Shown piece by piece: positions 26,807-34,431 of a stretch of 36,563 nucleotides of DNA. Within the stretch, counting starts at the first letter, position 1. The number at the start of each line of letters is the position of its first letter. Where the stretch lies: NCBI GenBank assembly GCA_013202935.1, contig JABMRG010000129.1, positions 1 to 36,563 of the forward strand, written 5' to 3'. The position numbers were made by a program, and so were the translations under genes. The stretch comes from Candidatus Omnitrophota bacterium. Its GTDB lineage: Bacteria; Omnitrophota; Gorgyraeia; JABMRG01. Below the pieces are notes generated by a model. It had not been told where the DNA came from, ran no database searches, and worked only from the letters and a program-made list of their open reading frames with translations.

Positions 26807-27926
26807 CAATCTCACTTGCCGCACGCCTACTTGCTCCAGGCTCACCAAGAGAGTCTTTAATCTTAGCAAACTTTTCCTTAATAGAAGAAAGAATGTTCTT
26901 GTCCTTAAGAAGGCTGACTATATATTCTGCGATGCTATCAGGCCTTGCCTGATATTGTAAGAATTCAGGCACTATTTTTTCCCCAGCCACTATATTCACC
27001 AGGCCTATAAATGGAAGTTTTATTACATTCTTTGTCAGGATATAAGTGAGGAAATTGGTCTTATAGACTATAGCCATTGGGACATTAAGAACAGCTGTCT
27101 CGAGCGTTGCTGTTCCTGAAGTAACAACAGCACAGTCACATATACTTATAGCATTATATACGTCGGACTTTATAATCTTTATATTAATCTTGGTTTTAGA
27201 AATGATACCCCTTATATATTCTTCATCTATGGTAGAGGCAAGAGGAAGTACAAATTCAATTTGCTCTTGCTTATATCTCTGCAATATAAGCTTGGCAGAA
27301 TCGAGCATAATAGGAAGTATTGTTTTTATCTCACTGATCCTGGAGCCTGGAAGTATTCCAACAATCTTTGCGTCTTTGTCTATGCTGAGTCTTTTTAAAA
27401 CCTCATCTTTGCTTTCAGTAGGCTTTACTATATTTAGAAGTGGATGCCCCACGAATGTAGTATCAACTCCATGTTTTGTATAGAGCTTTTCTTCAAACTC
27501 AAAAAAGACCAGCATCTTATCTACAAGGCGCCTTATAGTGTTGATCCGCCATAAACCCCAAGCCCACACCTGAGGGCTTATGTAGTAAATTATAGGAACT
27601 CCTAACTTTTTTAACTCTCTTGCAACACGTAGATTAAACTCAGCATAATCTATAAGTATAGCGCAATCAGGAGGATCATCGCAGATATGTTTTATAAGGG
27701 AATTATATATATTCTTAAGTGCTATATAGCTCTTAAACAATCCGCCCGGGCCTATAAAGGCAAGATGGACTATGTTTTCCAGGAGCTTGATACCGGACGC
27801 CTGCATTCTTTCACCACCCAGACCGAAGAAACTCATATCCTTATCAAGTGATCTTATATCGTTTACAAGGTTTGCGGCGTGCATATCACTTGATACTTCA
27901 CCTGCTATGATAAGTATTCTTTTCAT
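26787..27926 (-). CDS. lpxB: Lipid-A-disaccharide synthase
   Basis: The GT19 N-terminus ILIIAGEVSSDMHAANL and the blocks YYISPQVWAWG and TSGTATLE are present. The 3' end overlaps the nadE 3' end by 20 nt. Confidence 0.92.
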   Translation of the reverse strand: MKRILIIAGEVSSDMHAANLVNDIRSLDKDMSFFGLGGERMQASGIKLLENIVHLAFIGPGGLFKSYIALKNIYNSLIKHICDDPPDCAILIDYAEFNLRVARELKKLGVPIIYYISPQVWAWGLWRINTIRRLVDKMLVFFEFEEKLYTKHGVDTTFVGHPLLNIVKPTESKDEVLKRLSIDKDAKIVGILPGSRISEIKTILPIMLDSAKLILQRYKQEQIEFVLPLASTIDEEYIRGIISKTKINIKIIKSDVYNAISICDCAVVTSGTATLETAVLNVPMAIVYKTNFLTYILTKNVIKLPFIGLVNIVAGEKIVPEFLQYQARPDSIAEYIVSLLKDKNILSSIKEKFAKIKDSLGEPGASRRAASEIVKFLQP

Positions 27927-27937
27927 TGATTTATATA

Positions 27938-28852
27938 TTAGCTGTTGATTTTCTTTAACACTTCCAGGGCTACGGCAAGCGCTTCACGGCCTTCCTCGCC
28001 TGAGGCAAGAGGTTTCTTGCCTGTTTTTACACACTGCAGGAATGAGGCTATTTCTTTTTGAAGGGGTTTTTCTTTTTTGATATCTATCTGCTGTGATATA
28101 ATCTTGCCCAACCTTCTTCTGTATATATCGGCTTCCTGTTTTACGTAGTCTAAGGATATATAGGCGTTTGGCTGAAACATTCTTATCTTTCTCATAGTAT
28201 ATGCTGTTACTCTGCTTGCTGTTATATTGCATACAGCACCATTTTTAAAGGTAATGCGAGCATTTGCGATATCTTCGTGCTTAGAAAGTATCTTTACCCC
28301 TACAGCCTCAACACTCTTTACAGCTGACCTGATAAGCCAGAGGATTATATCTATATCGTGTATCATAAGATCCAGTACTACGCCAACATCTTTTATTCGC
28401 GGCACAAATGGCCCAAGACGATGACATTCTACGAATTTGATATCACCTTTTATGTTCTGTATAGCTTCTACAGCTGCGTTGAATCTTTCGATATGCCCTA
28501 CCGCAAGGGTTAGCTTATTGGATCTGGCTATATTCAAGAGCTCATCCGCCTGTTTCACAGTCTGGGTTATCGGTTTTTCTATAAGAAGATGTGCGCCGCT
28601 ACCTAAAAAGTCCTTTGCTATATGGTAATGCTCTTTGGTAGGGACAGCGATACTTGCAGCATCTACCTTACCAATAAGTTGACGGTAATCTGCAAAGGCG
28701 GCTGTCTTTAGGTCGTTGGATACACTTTTAAGCCTTGCTTTATCAGTGTCGCATACACCTATCAATTCTACGCTATCCATAGAGGAGTAGATCTTTGCAT
28801 GGATTGAGCCAAGTGCACCAACACCTATTACCGCCACCTTTAGTTTAGACAT
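27938..28852 (-). CDS. Gfo/Idh/MocA-family NAD(P)-dependent oxidoreductase, co-transcribed with lpxB
   Basis: The N-terminal Rossmann motif is KVAVIGVGALGSIH. EKP is present in LLIEKP, followed by a C-terminal alpha/beta domain. The gap to lpxB is 11 nt. Confidence 0.85.
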   Translation of the reverse strand: MSKLKVAVIGVGALGSIHAKIYSSMDSVELIGVCDTDKARLKSVSNDLKTAAFADYRQLIGKVDAASIAVPTKEHYHIAKDFLGSGAHLLIEKPITQTVKQADELLNIARSNKLTLAVGHIERFNAAVEAIQNIKGDIKFVECHRLGPFVPRIKDVGVVLDLMIHDIDIILWLIRSAVKSVEAVGVKILSKHEDIANARITFKNGAVCNITASRVTAYTMRKIRMFQPNAYISLDYVKQEADIYRRRLGKIISQQIDIKKEKPLQKEIASFLQCVKTGKKPLASGEEGREALAVALEVLKKINS

Positions 28853-28877
28853 TGTGTAGACCTTTCTTTGAAATGTT

Positions 28878-28906
28878 ATTATATCATGTGAGAACTAGGC
28901 GGTCAA
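28878..28906 (-). promoter_or_regulatory. Strong sigma70-like promoter for the oxidoreductase-lpxB operon: TTGACC, 17-nt spacer, TGATATAAT
   Basis: The reverse complement reads TTGACC-GCCTAGTTCTCACATGA-TATAAT, with an extended -10 TGn. It lies about 25 nt upstream of the ATG at 28852. Confidence 0.55.
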
Positions 28907-28980
28907 TGAAATAGAAGGAAATTGCTGGTTACCACCTAACTTATATATGATTAGCTAGTATAACTATTAGTATAAAAAGC

Positions 28981-29009
28981 TCGACAAAGAAGTACTGGTA
29001 TGATACAAT
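28981..29009 (+). promoter_or_regulatory. Sigma70-like promoter for msbA: TCGACA, 17-nt spacer, TGATACAAT. It is divergent from the previous promoter.
   Basis: -35 at 28981-28986, a 17-nt spacer with TGn, and a -10 TACAAT at 29004-29009. An AAGGAGA SD lies at 29032-29038 ahead of the GTG at 29043. Confidence 0.5.
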
Positions 29010-29042
29010 AGCAAAACCTTAAATTGGGTTCAAGGAGAACTG

Positions 29043-30854
29043 GTGAAGACATACTTCAGGCTAATAAAATATGTAAGGCCACATTTGTGGATACTGGCTG
29101 TTGCAGCTGTATTTATGGTCTTATCTTCTGCACTTCAGCCCATATCTTTTAGCATGCTTATACCTTTTATAGATAAAGTGTTAATAGGACAGAATATAAC
29201 TATTGTAGAGGATAGGGTGCCTCATTTTATACTTGAACTTATTTCTACCATAAACAGCATGCCGAGAAAAAATCTCTTATTCAGGATTGTACCTGTTGCG
29301 CTAGTTCTTTTCGTATTACGCTTTACGTTTGCTTACATCCAGCAGTATTTTATGCGTGAAACAAGCCAAAGAGTAGTCCGCGATATAAGAAATATAATAT
29401 ACGATAAATTGCTAAGGCTTTCGTTGGGTTTCTATTCACGTTCACAGACAGGAACGCTTATTTCCAGGATAACCTACGACAGTACAGTTATACAGGATGC
29501 TGTAGCAGAGGGGTTGACCGACCTTGTATTTCAGTCCTGCCTTTTTGTTTTTACGCTTGCCATGATAATATTTATTGCTTTTGCATCAAATATCGACCTT
29601 ATCTTCATATTCCTGATACTTTTTGTTATGCCTCTGGTAGTTATACCATTGCTTAAGATGGGTAAGCGCCTTAAACAGATAAGCAGAAAAGCGCAGGAAT
29701 CAATGGCAAATATTAACAATATATTATATGAAACCATATCAGGCATACGTATTGTTAAGGCCTTCTGCATGGAGGCATATGAGCGCATAAGGTTTAAAGG
29801 CCAGAATGAGGCATTTAAGAAATCGGTTATGAAATCCAACAAAAGGATCCTTGCCGTGAGCCCTATATCAGAATTCTTCACACTGATATGCGTTATGGCT
29901 ATTATTGTCTTTGCTGGGGTGAAGGTAATCGAGGGTGAACAGCAGGTGGGATCATTAGCTGCTTTTATAGGCCTTATATTGACACTTGGCAAACCCATCA
30001 AGCGCTTAAGCAGAGTGCACGCGGTTAATCAACAAGCAGTTGCTGCAGCAACGCGTATATTTGATATACTTGACGCAGAGGTGGATATAAAGGAAAAGAA
30101 GAATGCTATAAAGCTTCCACCCCTTACAAAAAATATCATAGTTTCTAATATCAGCTTTAAGTATGATGAGAAAGAGGTATTACAAGATATCTCTTTTGAT
30201 GCACAAGCAGGGAATGTAGTAGCTTTTGTAGGCCCAAGTGGCGCAGGAAAGACAACCTTAGTAAGCCTTATAGCGCGTTTTTATGATCCCATAAGTGGTT
30301 CTGTAGAGATAGACGGCCATGACATAAGAGACATAACCGTGGACTCCTTAAGAGATCAGATTGGTATTGTGACTCAAGAGACAGTACTCTTTAATGATGC
30401 TGTGAATGCAAACATAGGATACGGAAGGTCAGACTTTGATATGGGTAAGGTTATCGATGCGGCAAAAACAGCTAATGCGCATGATTTTATAATGAAAATG
30501 CCAAAACAGTACGATACTATTATAGGCGACAGGGGCTTTAAGCTATCAGGGGGCGAAAAACAGAGACTTGCTATAGCAAGGGCTATTTTTAAGAATCCTC
30601 CGATACTTATCTTTGATGAGGCAACATCACAGCTCGATTCCGAATCAGAGAAACTGGTCCAGGGAGCCATAGATAGGCTTATGATGGGCAGGACGGTATT
30701 TGTTATTGCGCACCGCCTATCCACCATAAAACATGCTGATACGATTATTGTTATGGATAAAGGCAAGATTGCTGATAGAGGAAAGCACCAGGAATTGATA
30801 AACAGAGGCGGGCTCTATAAAAAACTCTATACAATGCAGTTTATGGGCCTATAG
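29043..30854 (+). CDS. msbA: ABC transporter permease/ATPase, MsbA-like lipid A/lipid flippase
   Basis: Has a six-TM N-terminal domain, Walker A GPSGAGKTT, signature LSGGEKQR and Walker B ILIFDEATS. It neighbours the lpx genes. Confidence 0.85.
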   Translation: MKTYFRLIKYVRPHLWILAVAAVFMVLSSALQPISFSMLIPFIDKVLIGQNITIVEDRVPHFILELISTINSMPRKNLLFRIVPVALVLFVLRFTFAYIQQYFMRETSQRVVRDIRNIIYDKLLRLSLGFYSRSQTGTLISRITYDSTVIQDAVAEGLTDLVFQSCLFVFTLAMIIFIAFASNIDLIFIFLILFVMPLVVIPLLKMGKRLKQISRKAQESMANINNILYETISGIRIVKAFCMEAYERIRFKGQNEAFKKSVMKSNKRILAVSPISEFFTLICVMAIIVFAGVKVIEGEQQVGSLAAFIGLILTLGKPIKRLSRVHAVNQQAVAAATRIFDILDAEVDIKEKKNAIKLPPLTKNIIVSNISFKYDEKEVLQDISFDAQAGNVVAFVGPSGAGKTTLVSLIARFYDPISGSVEIDGHDIRDITVDSLRDQIGIVTQETVLFNDAVNANIGYGRSDFDMGKVIDAAKTANAHDFIMKMPKQYDTIIGDRGFKLSGGEKQRLAIARAIFKNPPILIFDEATSQLDSESEKLVQGAIDRLMMGRTVFVIAHRLSTIKHADTIIVMDKGKIADRGKHQELINRGGLYKKLYTMQFMGL

Positions 30855-30875
30855 CCTTACGAGTTTATATTTTAC

Positions 30876-30903
30876 TTGAAACTATTAGTTTTTATGATAT
30901 AAT
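30876..30903 (+). promoter_or_regulatory. Sigma70-like promoter for rpsB-tsf-pyrH-frr: TTGAAA, 16-nt spacer, TGATATAAT
   Basis: -35 at 30876-30881 and a consensus -10 TATAAT at 30898-30903 preceded by TGn. A GGAGGA SD lies 7 nt upstream of the TTG start. Confidence 0.55.
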
Positions 30904-30947
30904 CTAGGTTCGTTTAAAAACAGAGTATTTAAAAGGAGGAGTAAAAA

Positions 30948-31697
30948 TTGGTTACTGATATTATGAAGCAACTTTTAGAGGCAGGTGTCCATTTTGGACA
31001 TCAAACAAAAAGGTGGAACCCAAAGATGGCACCTTATATCTTTGGGCAACGTAACGGTATATATATCATAGACTTGGAGAAAACAGCCGGCAAAATAGAT
31101 GAGGCATGTTCATATTTGCTTGAGGCTGCTTCAAAAGGTGAAAGCATGCTATTTGTGGGTACCAAGAAGCAGGCCAAAGATGCCATTATTGCAGAATCGC
31201 AGCGTAGTGAAATGTTCTATGTAACAGAAAGGTGGCTGGGAGGCCTGCTTACAAATTTTGCTACAATACGAAGTAGTGTAAAACGGATGAAAGATATCGA
31301 GAAGATGAAAGAAGACGGTAGCTACGACGCCATTACCAAGAAGGAAAGAGCTAATTTAGATAAAGAGTGGGGCAAGCTGCAGAAGAACTTAGTCGGCGTA
31401 GCTGCGATGGAAAAGCTTCCCGGAGTGATTATTATAATTGACCCCAGGAAAGAAGACACGGCTGCAAGAGAAGCCAAAAAACTAGGTATACCTATTATAG
31501 CGTTAATAGACACCAACTCTGACCCTGACAGTATAGATTATCCGATACCAGGAAACGACGATGCTATAAGATCTATAAAGCTCCTATTGTCTATATTGAC
31601 TGATAGTATCATAGAAGGCAAAAAGAAAGCCAGGGTGAGTAAAAAACCCAAAGAAGAGAAGCAGGACCAGAAGGATAAGAAAGAAGTGAAGGGGTAA
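30948..31697 (+). CDS. rpsB: 30S ribosomal protein S2
   Basis: Contains [19 protein letters not shown]. The TTG start is backed by a strong SD, and ATG 30963 is an alternative. The C-terminal tail is basic. Confidence 0.93.
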   Translation: MVTDIMKQLLEAGVHFGHQTKRWNPKMAPYIFGQRNGIYIIDLEKTAGKIDEACSYLLEAASKGESMLFVGTKKQAKDAIIAESQRSEMFYVTERWLGGLLTNFATIRSSVKRMKDIEKMKEDGSYDAITKKERANLDKEWGKLQKNLVGVAAMEKLPGVIIIIDPRKEDTAAREAKKLGIPIIALIDTNSDPDSIDYPIPGNDDAIRSIKLLLSILTDSIIEGKKKARVSKKPKEEKQDQKDKKEVKG

Positions 31698-31700
31698 TAT

Positions 31701-32285
31701 ATGTTAGATAAAGTTAAAAAGCTAAGAGAAAAGACCAATGCCGGTATGATGGATTGTAAGACTGCCCTTTCTGAGGCAAAAGGCAACATAGATAAGGCGG
31801 TTGAAATATTGCGTAAAAAAGGAGTTAGCCTTGCAACCAAAAAATCCTCACGTGCAGCAAAAGAAGGCATAGTAGCATCCTATATACATATGAATGGCAA
31901 GATAGGCGTGCTGGTTGAGGTAAATTGCGAAACCGATTTTGTAGCCCGCAATGAAGAGTTTAAGGTTTTTGTAAAAGACCTTACTATGCAGATTGCTGCG
32001 GCAGATCCTACCTATACCAATAAGGAAGATGTGCCCGAAGAGGCATTAAAGAAAGAAAAGGATATAATAAAAGAGCAGAGCAAAGATAAGCCTAAAGCAG
32101 CTTTGGAAAAGATAATCGAGGGCAAGCTTAATAGTTTCTATCAGGAGTCCTGTCTTATGGAGCAGCCCTTTATAAAAGACCCTAAGGTCTTTATTAAGGA
32201 CCTGCTTACTTCGGTTATTGCAAAGACAGGCGAGAATATAGTAGTAAAAAGATTCACTCGTTACCAGCTGGGCGAGCCTGCATGA
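31701..32285 (+). CDS. tsf: Elongation factor Ts (short form)
   Basis: Contains [19 protein letters not shown] and [13 protein letters not shown]. Confidence 0.93.
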   Translation: MLDKVKKLREKTNAGMMDCKTALSEAKGNIDKAVEILRKKGVSLATKKSSRAAKEGIVASYIHMNGKIGVLVEVNCETDFVARNEEFKVFVKDLTMQIAAADPTYTNKEDVPEEALKKEKDIIKEQSKDKPKAALEKIIEGKLNSFYQESCLMEQPFIKDPKVFIKDLLTSVIAKTGENIVVKRFTRYQLGEPA

Positions 32286-33013
32286 AGAAACACCCCAAGA
32301 ACAAAAAACCGGTTTACAAAAGGATAATCCTTAAACTAAGCGGAGAATCCCTACAAGGTGGCAGGGGTTATGGCATAGATGCATCTGTAACCCGTTCTAT
32401 AGCTTCTCAGATAAAGGAGATACATGGTTTAGGTATAGAAATAGCTATTGTAATAGGTGGCGGCAACATATTCCGGGGCTCAGAAGCAGCAGAAGGTATG
32501 GATGCAGCTATCGCAGATTACATGGGTATGCTAGCAACCGCTATAAATGGCATGGCATTACAGGATGCGCTTGAGAGAGAAGGTGTATTTACGCGTCTTC
32601 AGACCGCGATAAATATGCGTCAGATCGCAGAGCCATACATAAGAAGACGTGCAATACGCCATCTGGAGAAGAAGAGAGTTGTTATATTCGTTTGTGGCAC
32701 AGGGAATCCTTACTTTACAACATATACTACAGCTGCGTTAAGGGCAGCAGAGGTAAATGCAGATCTCATATTAAAGGCAACTAAAGTGGACGGTGTGTAT
32801 TCTGCGGATCCCTTAAAAGACAAAAAGGCAAAGAGGTTTAAAAAACTAGCTTATATAGATCTATTACGAAAAAGGCTAAAGGTTATGGATGCAACAGCCA
32901 TAAGCCTCTGCATGGATAATCAGATTCCCATTCTTATATTCAATCTTTTTGGTAAGGGTAATTTAAAAAAGGCTGTATCAGGCCAAAATATAGGTACTAT
33001 TATCAGGGGGTGA
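32282..33013 (+). CDS. pyrH: UMP kinase
   Basis: Contains [21 protein letters not shown] and VDGVYSADP. Confidence 0.93.
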   Translation: MKKHPKNKKPVYKRIILKLSGESLQGGRGYGIDASVTRSIASQIKEIHGLGIEIAIVIGGGNIFRGSEAAEGMDAAIADYMGMLATAINGMALQDALEREGVFTRLQTAINMRQIAEPYIRRRAIRHLEKKRVVIFVCGTGNPYFTTYTTAALRAAEVNADLILKATKVDGVYSADPLKDKKAKRFKKLAYIDLLRKRLKVMDATAISLCMDNQIPILIFNLFGKGNLKKAVSGQNIGTIIRG

Positions 33014-33582
33014 CTCAAATGAAATCTGTGAGAGAAGTTTTACATAATACAGAAGAAAATATGAAGAAGGTAATAACAGCCACAAAGAGAGAATTTTCAA
33101 TGGTCAGAACTGGCAGGGCATCTGTCTCTCTTGTCGAAGGCATACATATAGATTATTATGGAACAGCTACGCCTCTTAAGCAAGTTGCAAATATATCAGC
33201 CCCTGATGTTAAGTTAATCATAATACAGCCATGGGACCCATCCTGTCTTGCGGAAATAGATAAGGCAATACAAAAAAGCAATCTTGGAGTTATGCCTAAT
33301 AACGATGGTAAGGTTATACGCATAAGCATACCGCCTCTTTCAGAGGAGAGACGCCAGGAACTTATAAAGATAACAAAAAAGATGGCAGAAGATGGCCGCG
33401 TATCTATAAGGACTGTAAGACGCGATGCCAATGAGCATCTCAAGAAATTGGAAAAAGATAAACTGGTCAGCGAGGATGAAAACTTTAAGGCCCAAGATCA
33501 TGTCCAGAAGCTTACCGATAAACATATTAAAGATATAGATGCAGTCCTTAGCGAAAAAGATAAGGAGCTTATAGAGGTTTAA
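33010..33582 (+). CDS. frr: Ribosome recycling factor
   Basis: Contains an RRF sequence ([21 protein letters not shown]...IRTVRRDAN). The start is either GTG 33010 or ATG 33019. Confidence 0.92.
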   Translation: MTQMKSVREVLHNTEENMKKVITATKREFSMVRTGRASVSLVEGIHIDYYGTATPLKQVANISAPDVKLIIIQPWDPSCLAEIDKAIQKSNLGVMPNNDGKVIRISIPPLSEERRQELIKITKKMAEDGRVSIRTVRRDANEHLKKLEKDKLVSEDENFKAQDHVQKLTDKHIKDIDAVLSEKDKELIEV

Positions 33583-33583
33583 G

Positions 33584-33659
33584 GCCCCGCTAACTCATCT
33601 GGTAGAGTAACGCCCTTTTAAGGCGTGAGTAGCAGGTTCGAGCCCTGCGCGGGGTACCA
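33584..33659 (+). tRNA. tRNA-Lys (anticodon UUU), CCA encoded
   Basis: Hand-folded. Acceptor stem is GCCCCGC/GCGGGGT. D stem is ACTC/GAGT. Anticodon stem is ACGCC/GGCGT with loop CTTTTAA. T arm is GCAGG-TTCGAGC-CCTGC. The discriminator is A, followed by CCA. It starts 1 nt after the frr stop. Confidence 0.9.
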
Positions 33660-33700
33660 AAATTTAAAGCCCGCCTTTATTGGCGGGCTTTAAATTTTTA
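33660..33700 (+). terminator. Rho-independent terminator after tRNA-Lys
   Basis: AAATTTAAAGCCCGCC-TTTATT-GGCGGGCTTTAAATTT forms a roughly 16-bp stem and is followed by TTTA. Confidence 0.7.
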
Positions 33701-33737
33701 TACCTCGTGATTGGATGAAAACCTTACAAGGGGGTTT

Positions 33738-33794
33738 TAGGGGGAAGCGTAAGCGGCCCCCTATCGGCGAAGTAAGCTTCCTTGCGTAAGGAAG
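33738..33794 (+). other. Two GC-rich hairpins of unknown role inside the tRNA-fragment-bounded insert
   Basis: TAGGGGG-(12 nt)-CCCCCTA lies at 33738-33763. CTTCCTT-GCGT-AAGGAAG lies at 33777-33794. Confidence 0.4.
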
Positions 33795-33803
33795 AAAAAT
33801 ATT

Positions 33804-33830
33804 AAAAGGAAACCATCAGGGTTTCCTTTT
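33804..33830. terminator. Terminator-like hairpin, possibly bidirectional (A-run, stem, T-run)
   Basis: The sequence is AAAAGGAAACC-ATCAG-GGTTTCCTTTT, forming an 11-bp stem. Confidence 0.5.
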
Positions 33831-33851
33831 AAAACCGAACGAAGTGAGGTT

Positions 33852-33879
33852 AGGTTCGAGCCCTGCGCGGGGTACCAAA
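33852..33879 (+). repeat. Orphan duplicate of the tRNA-Lys 3' end (T-loop, acceptor 3' strand and CCA). It is a perfect 28-nt direct repeat of 33634-33661.
   Basis: AGGTTCGAGCCCTGCGCGGGGTACCAAA is identical at both positions. Upstream similarity decays, and the 5' strand of the T stem is broken, so this copy is not a functional tRNA. Confidence 0.9.
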
Positions 33880-33950
33880 TTTTGAGCCACCAATAAAGGT
33901 GGGCTCAAAATCTTTGTGGGACGGTTCTTCTGAACCGTCCCTTCTTATTT
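33880..33950 (+). terminator. Two consecutive terminator-like hairpins
   Basis: TTTTGAGCCACC-AATAAA-GGTGGGCTCAAAA at 33880-33910 has one bulge and is followed by TCTTT. GGGACGGTTC-TTCT-GAACCGTCCC at 33918-33941 is followed by TTCTTATTT. Confidence 0.6.
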
Positions 33951-34003
33951 GCTTGTGTATAACAGGAGAATTGACTATAATATCTTATAATAGGTAATAC
34001 TAT

Positions 34004-34420
34004 ATGAAACACTATGAGTTTCTTGAACATACTGCAGATATAGGCATAAGGGTCTGGGGAGATAGCTTTAAAGAGCTCTTTATCCATTCTGCAAAAGCTA
34101 TGTATGAGCTTATAGCAGACATAAACCTGGTTAAACCAGAGAGCTCTTTTGAAGTAAGAGTAGAGGCCAAAGACAGAGATGAGCTCCTTAGAAACTGGCT
34201 TTCAGAGCTTCTATATTATTTTAATGTAAAGGAGATACTCTTAACTGATTTTGTAATAACTGAGCTGGATGATACGCATATTATATCAACAGCCAGTGGC
34301 GAAAAAATAGACCCAGATAGACATAATCTAAAGCGTGAAATAAAGGCCGTTACTTTTCATAATCTTAATATAAAAGAAAAGAACGGCGAATTTGCAACAG
34401 AAATTATATTCGATATATAG
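34004..34420 (+). CDS. Archease (RtcB activator/chaperone family)
   Basis: The N-terminus YEFLEHTADIGIRVWG is the archease signature. A KAVTFHNL block lies near the C-terminus. The ORF is 138 aa and sits immediately upstream of rtcB. Confidence 0.88.
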   Translation: MKHYEFLEHTADIGIRVWGDSFKELFIHSAKAMYELIADINLVKPESSFEVRVEAKDRDELLRNWLSELLYYFNVKEILLTDFVITELDDTHIISTASGEKIDPDRHNLKREIKAVTFHNLNIKEKNGEFATEIIFDI

Positions 34421-34431
34421 AAAAGGATATC

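Noticed and set aside
33715-33789. 24-aa ORF (MKTLQGGFRGKRKRPPIGEVSFLA) inside the tRNA-fragment-bounded insert
   Set aside because: It has no SD. It is built from the arms of GC-rich hairpins, so the sequence is better explained by RNA or DNA structure than by coding.
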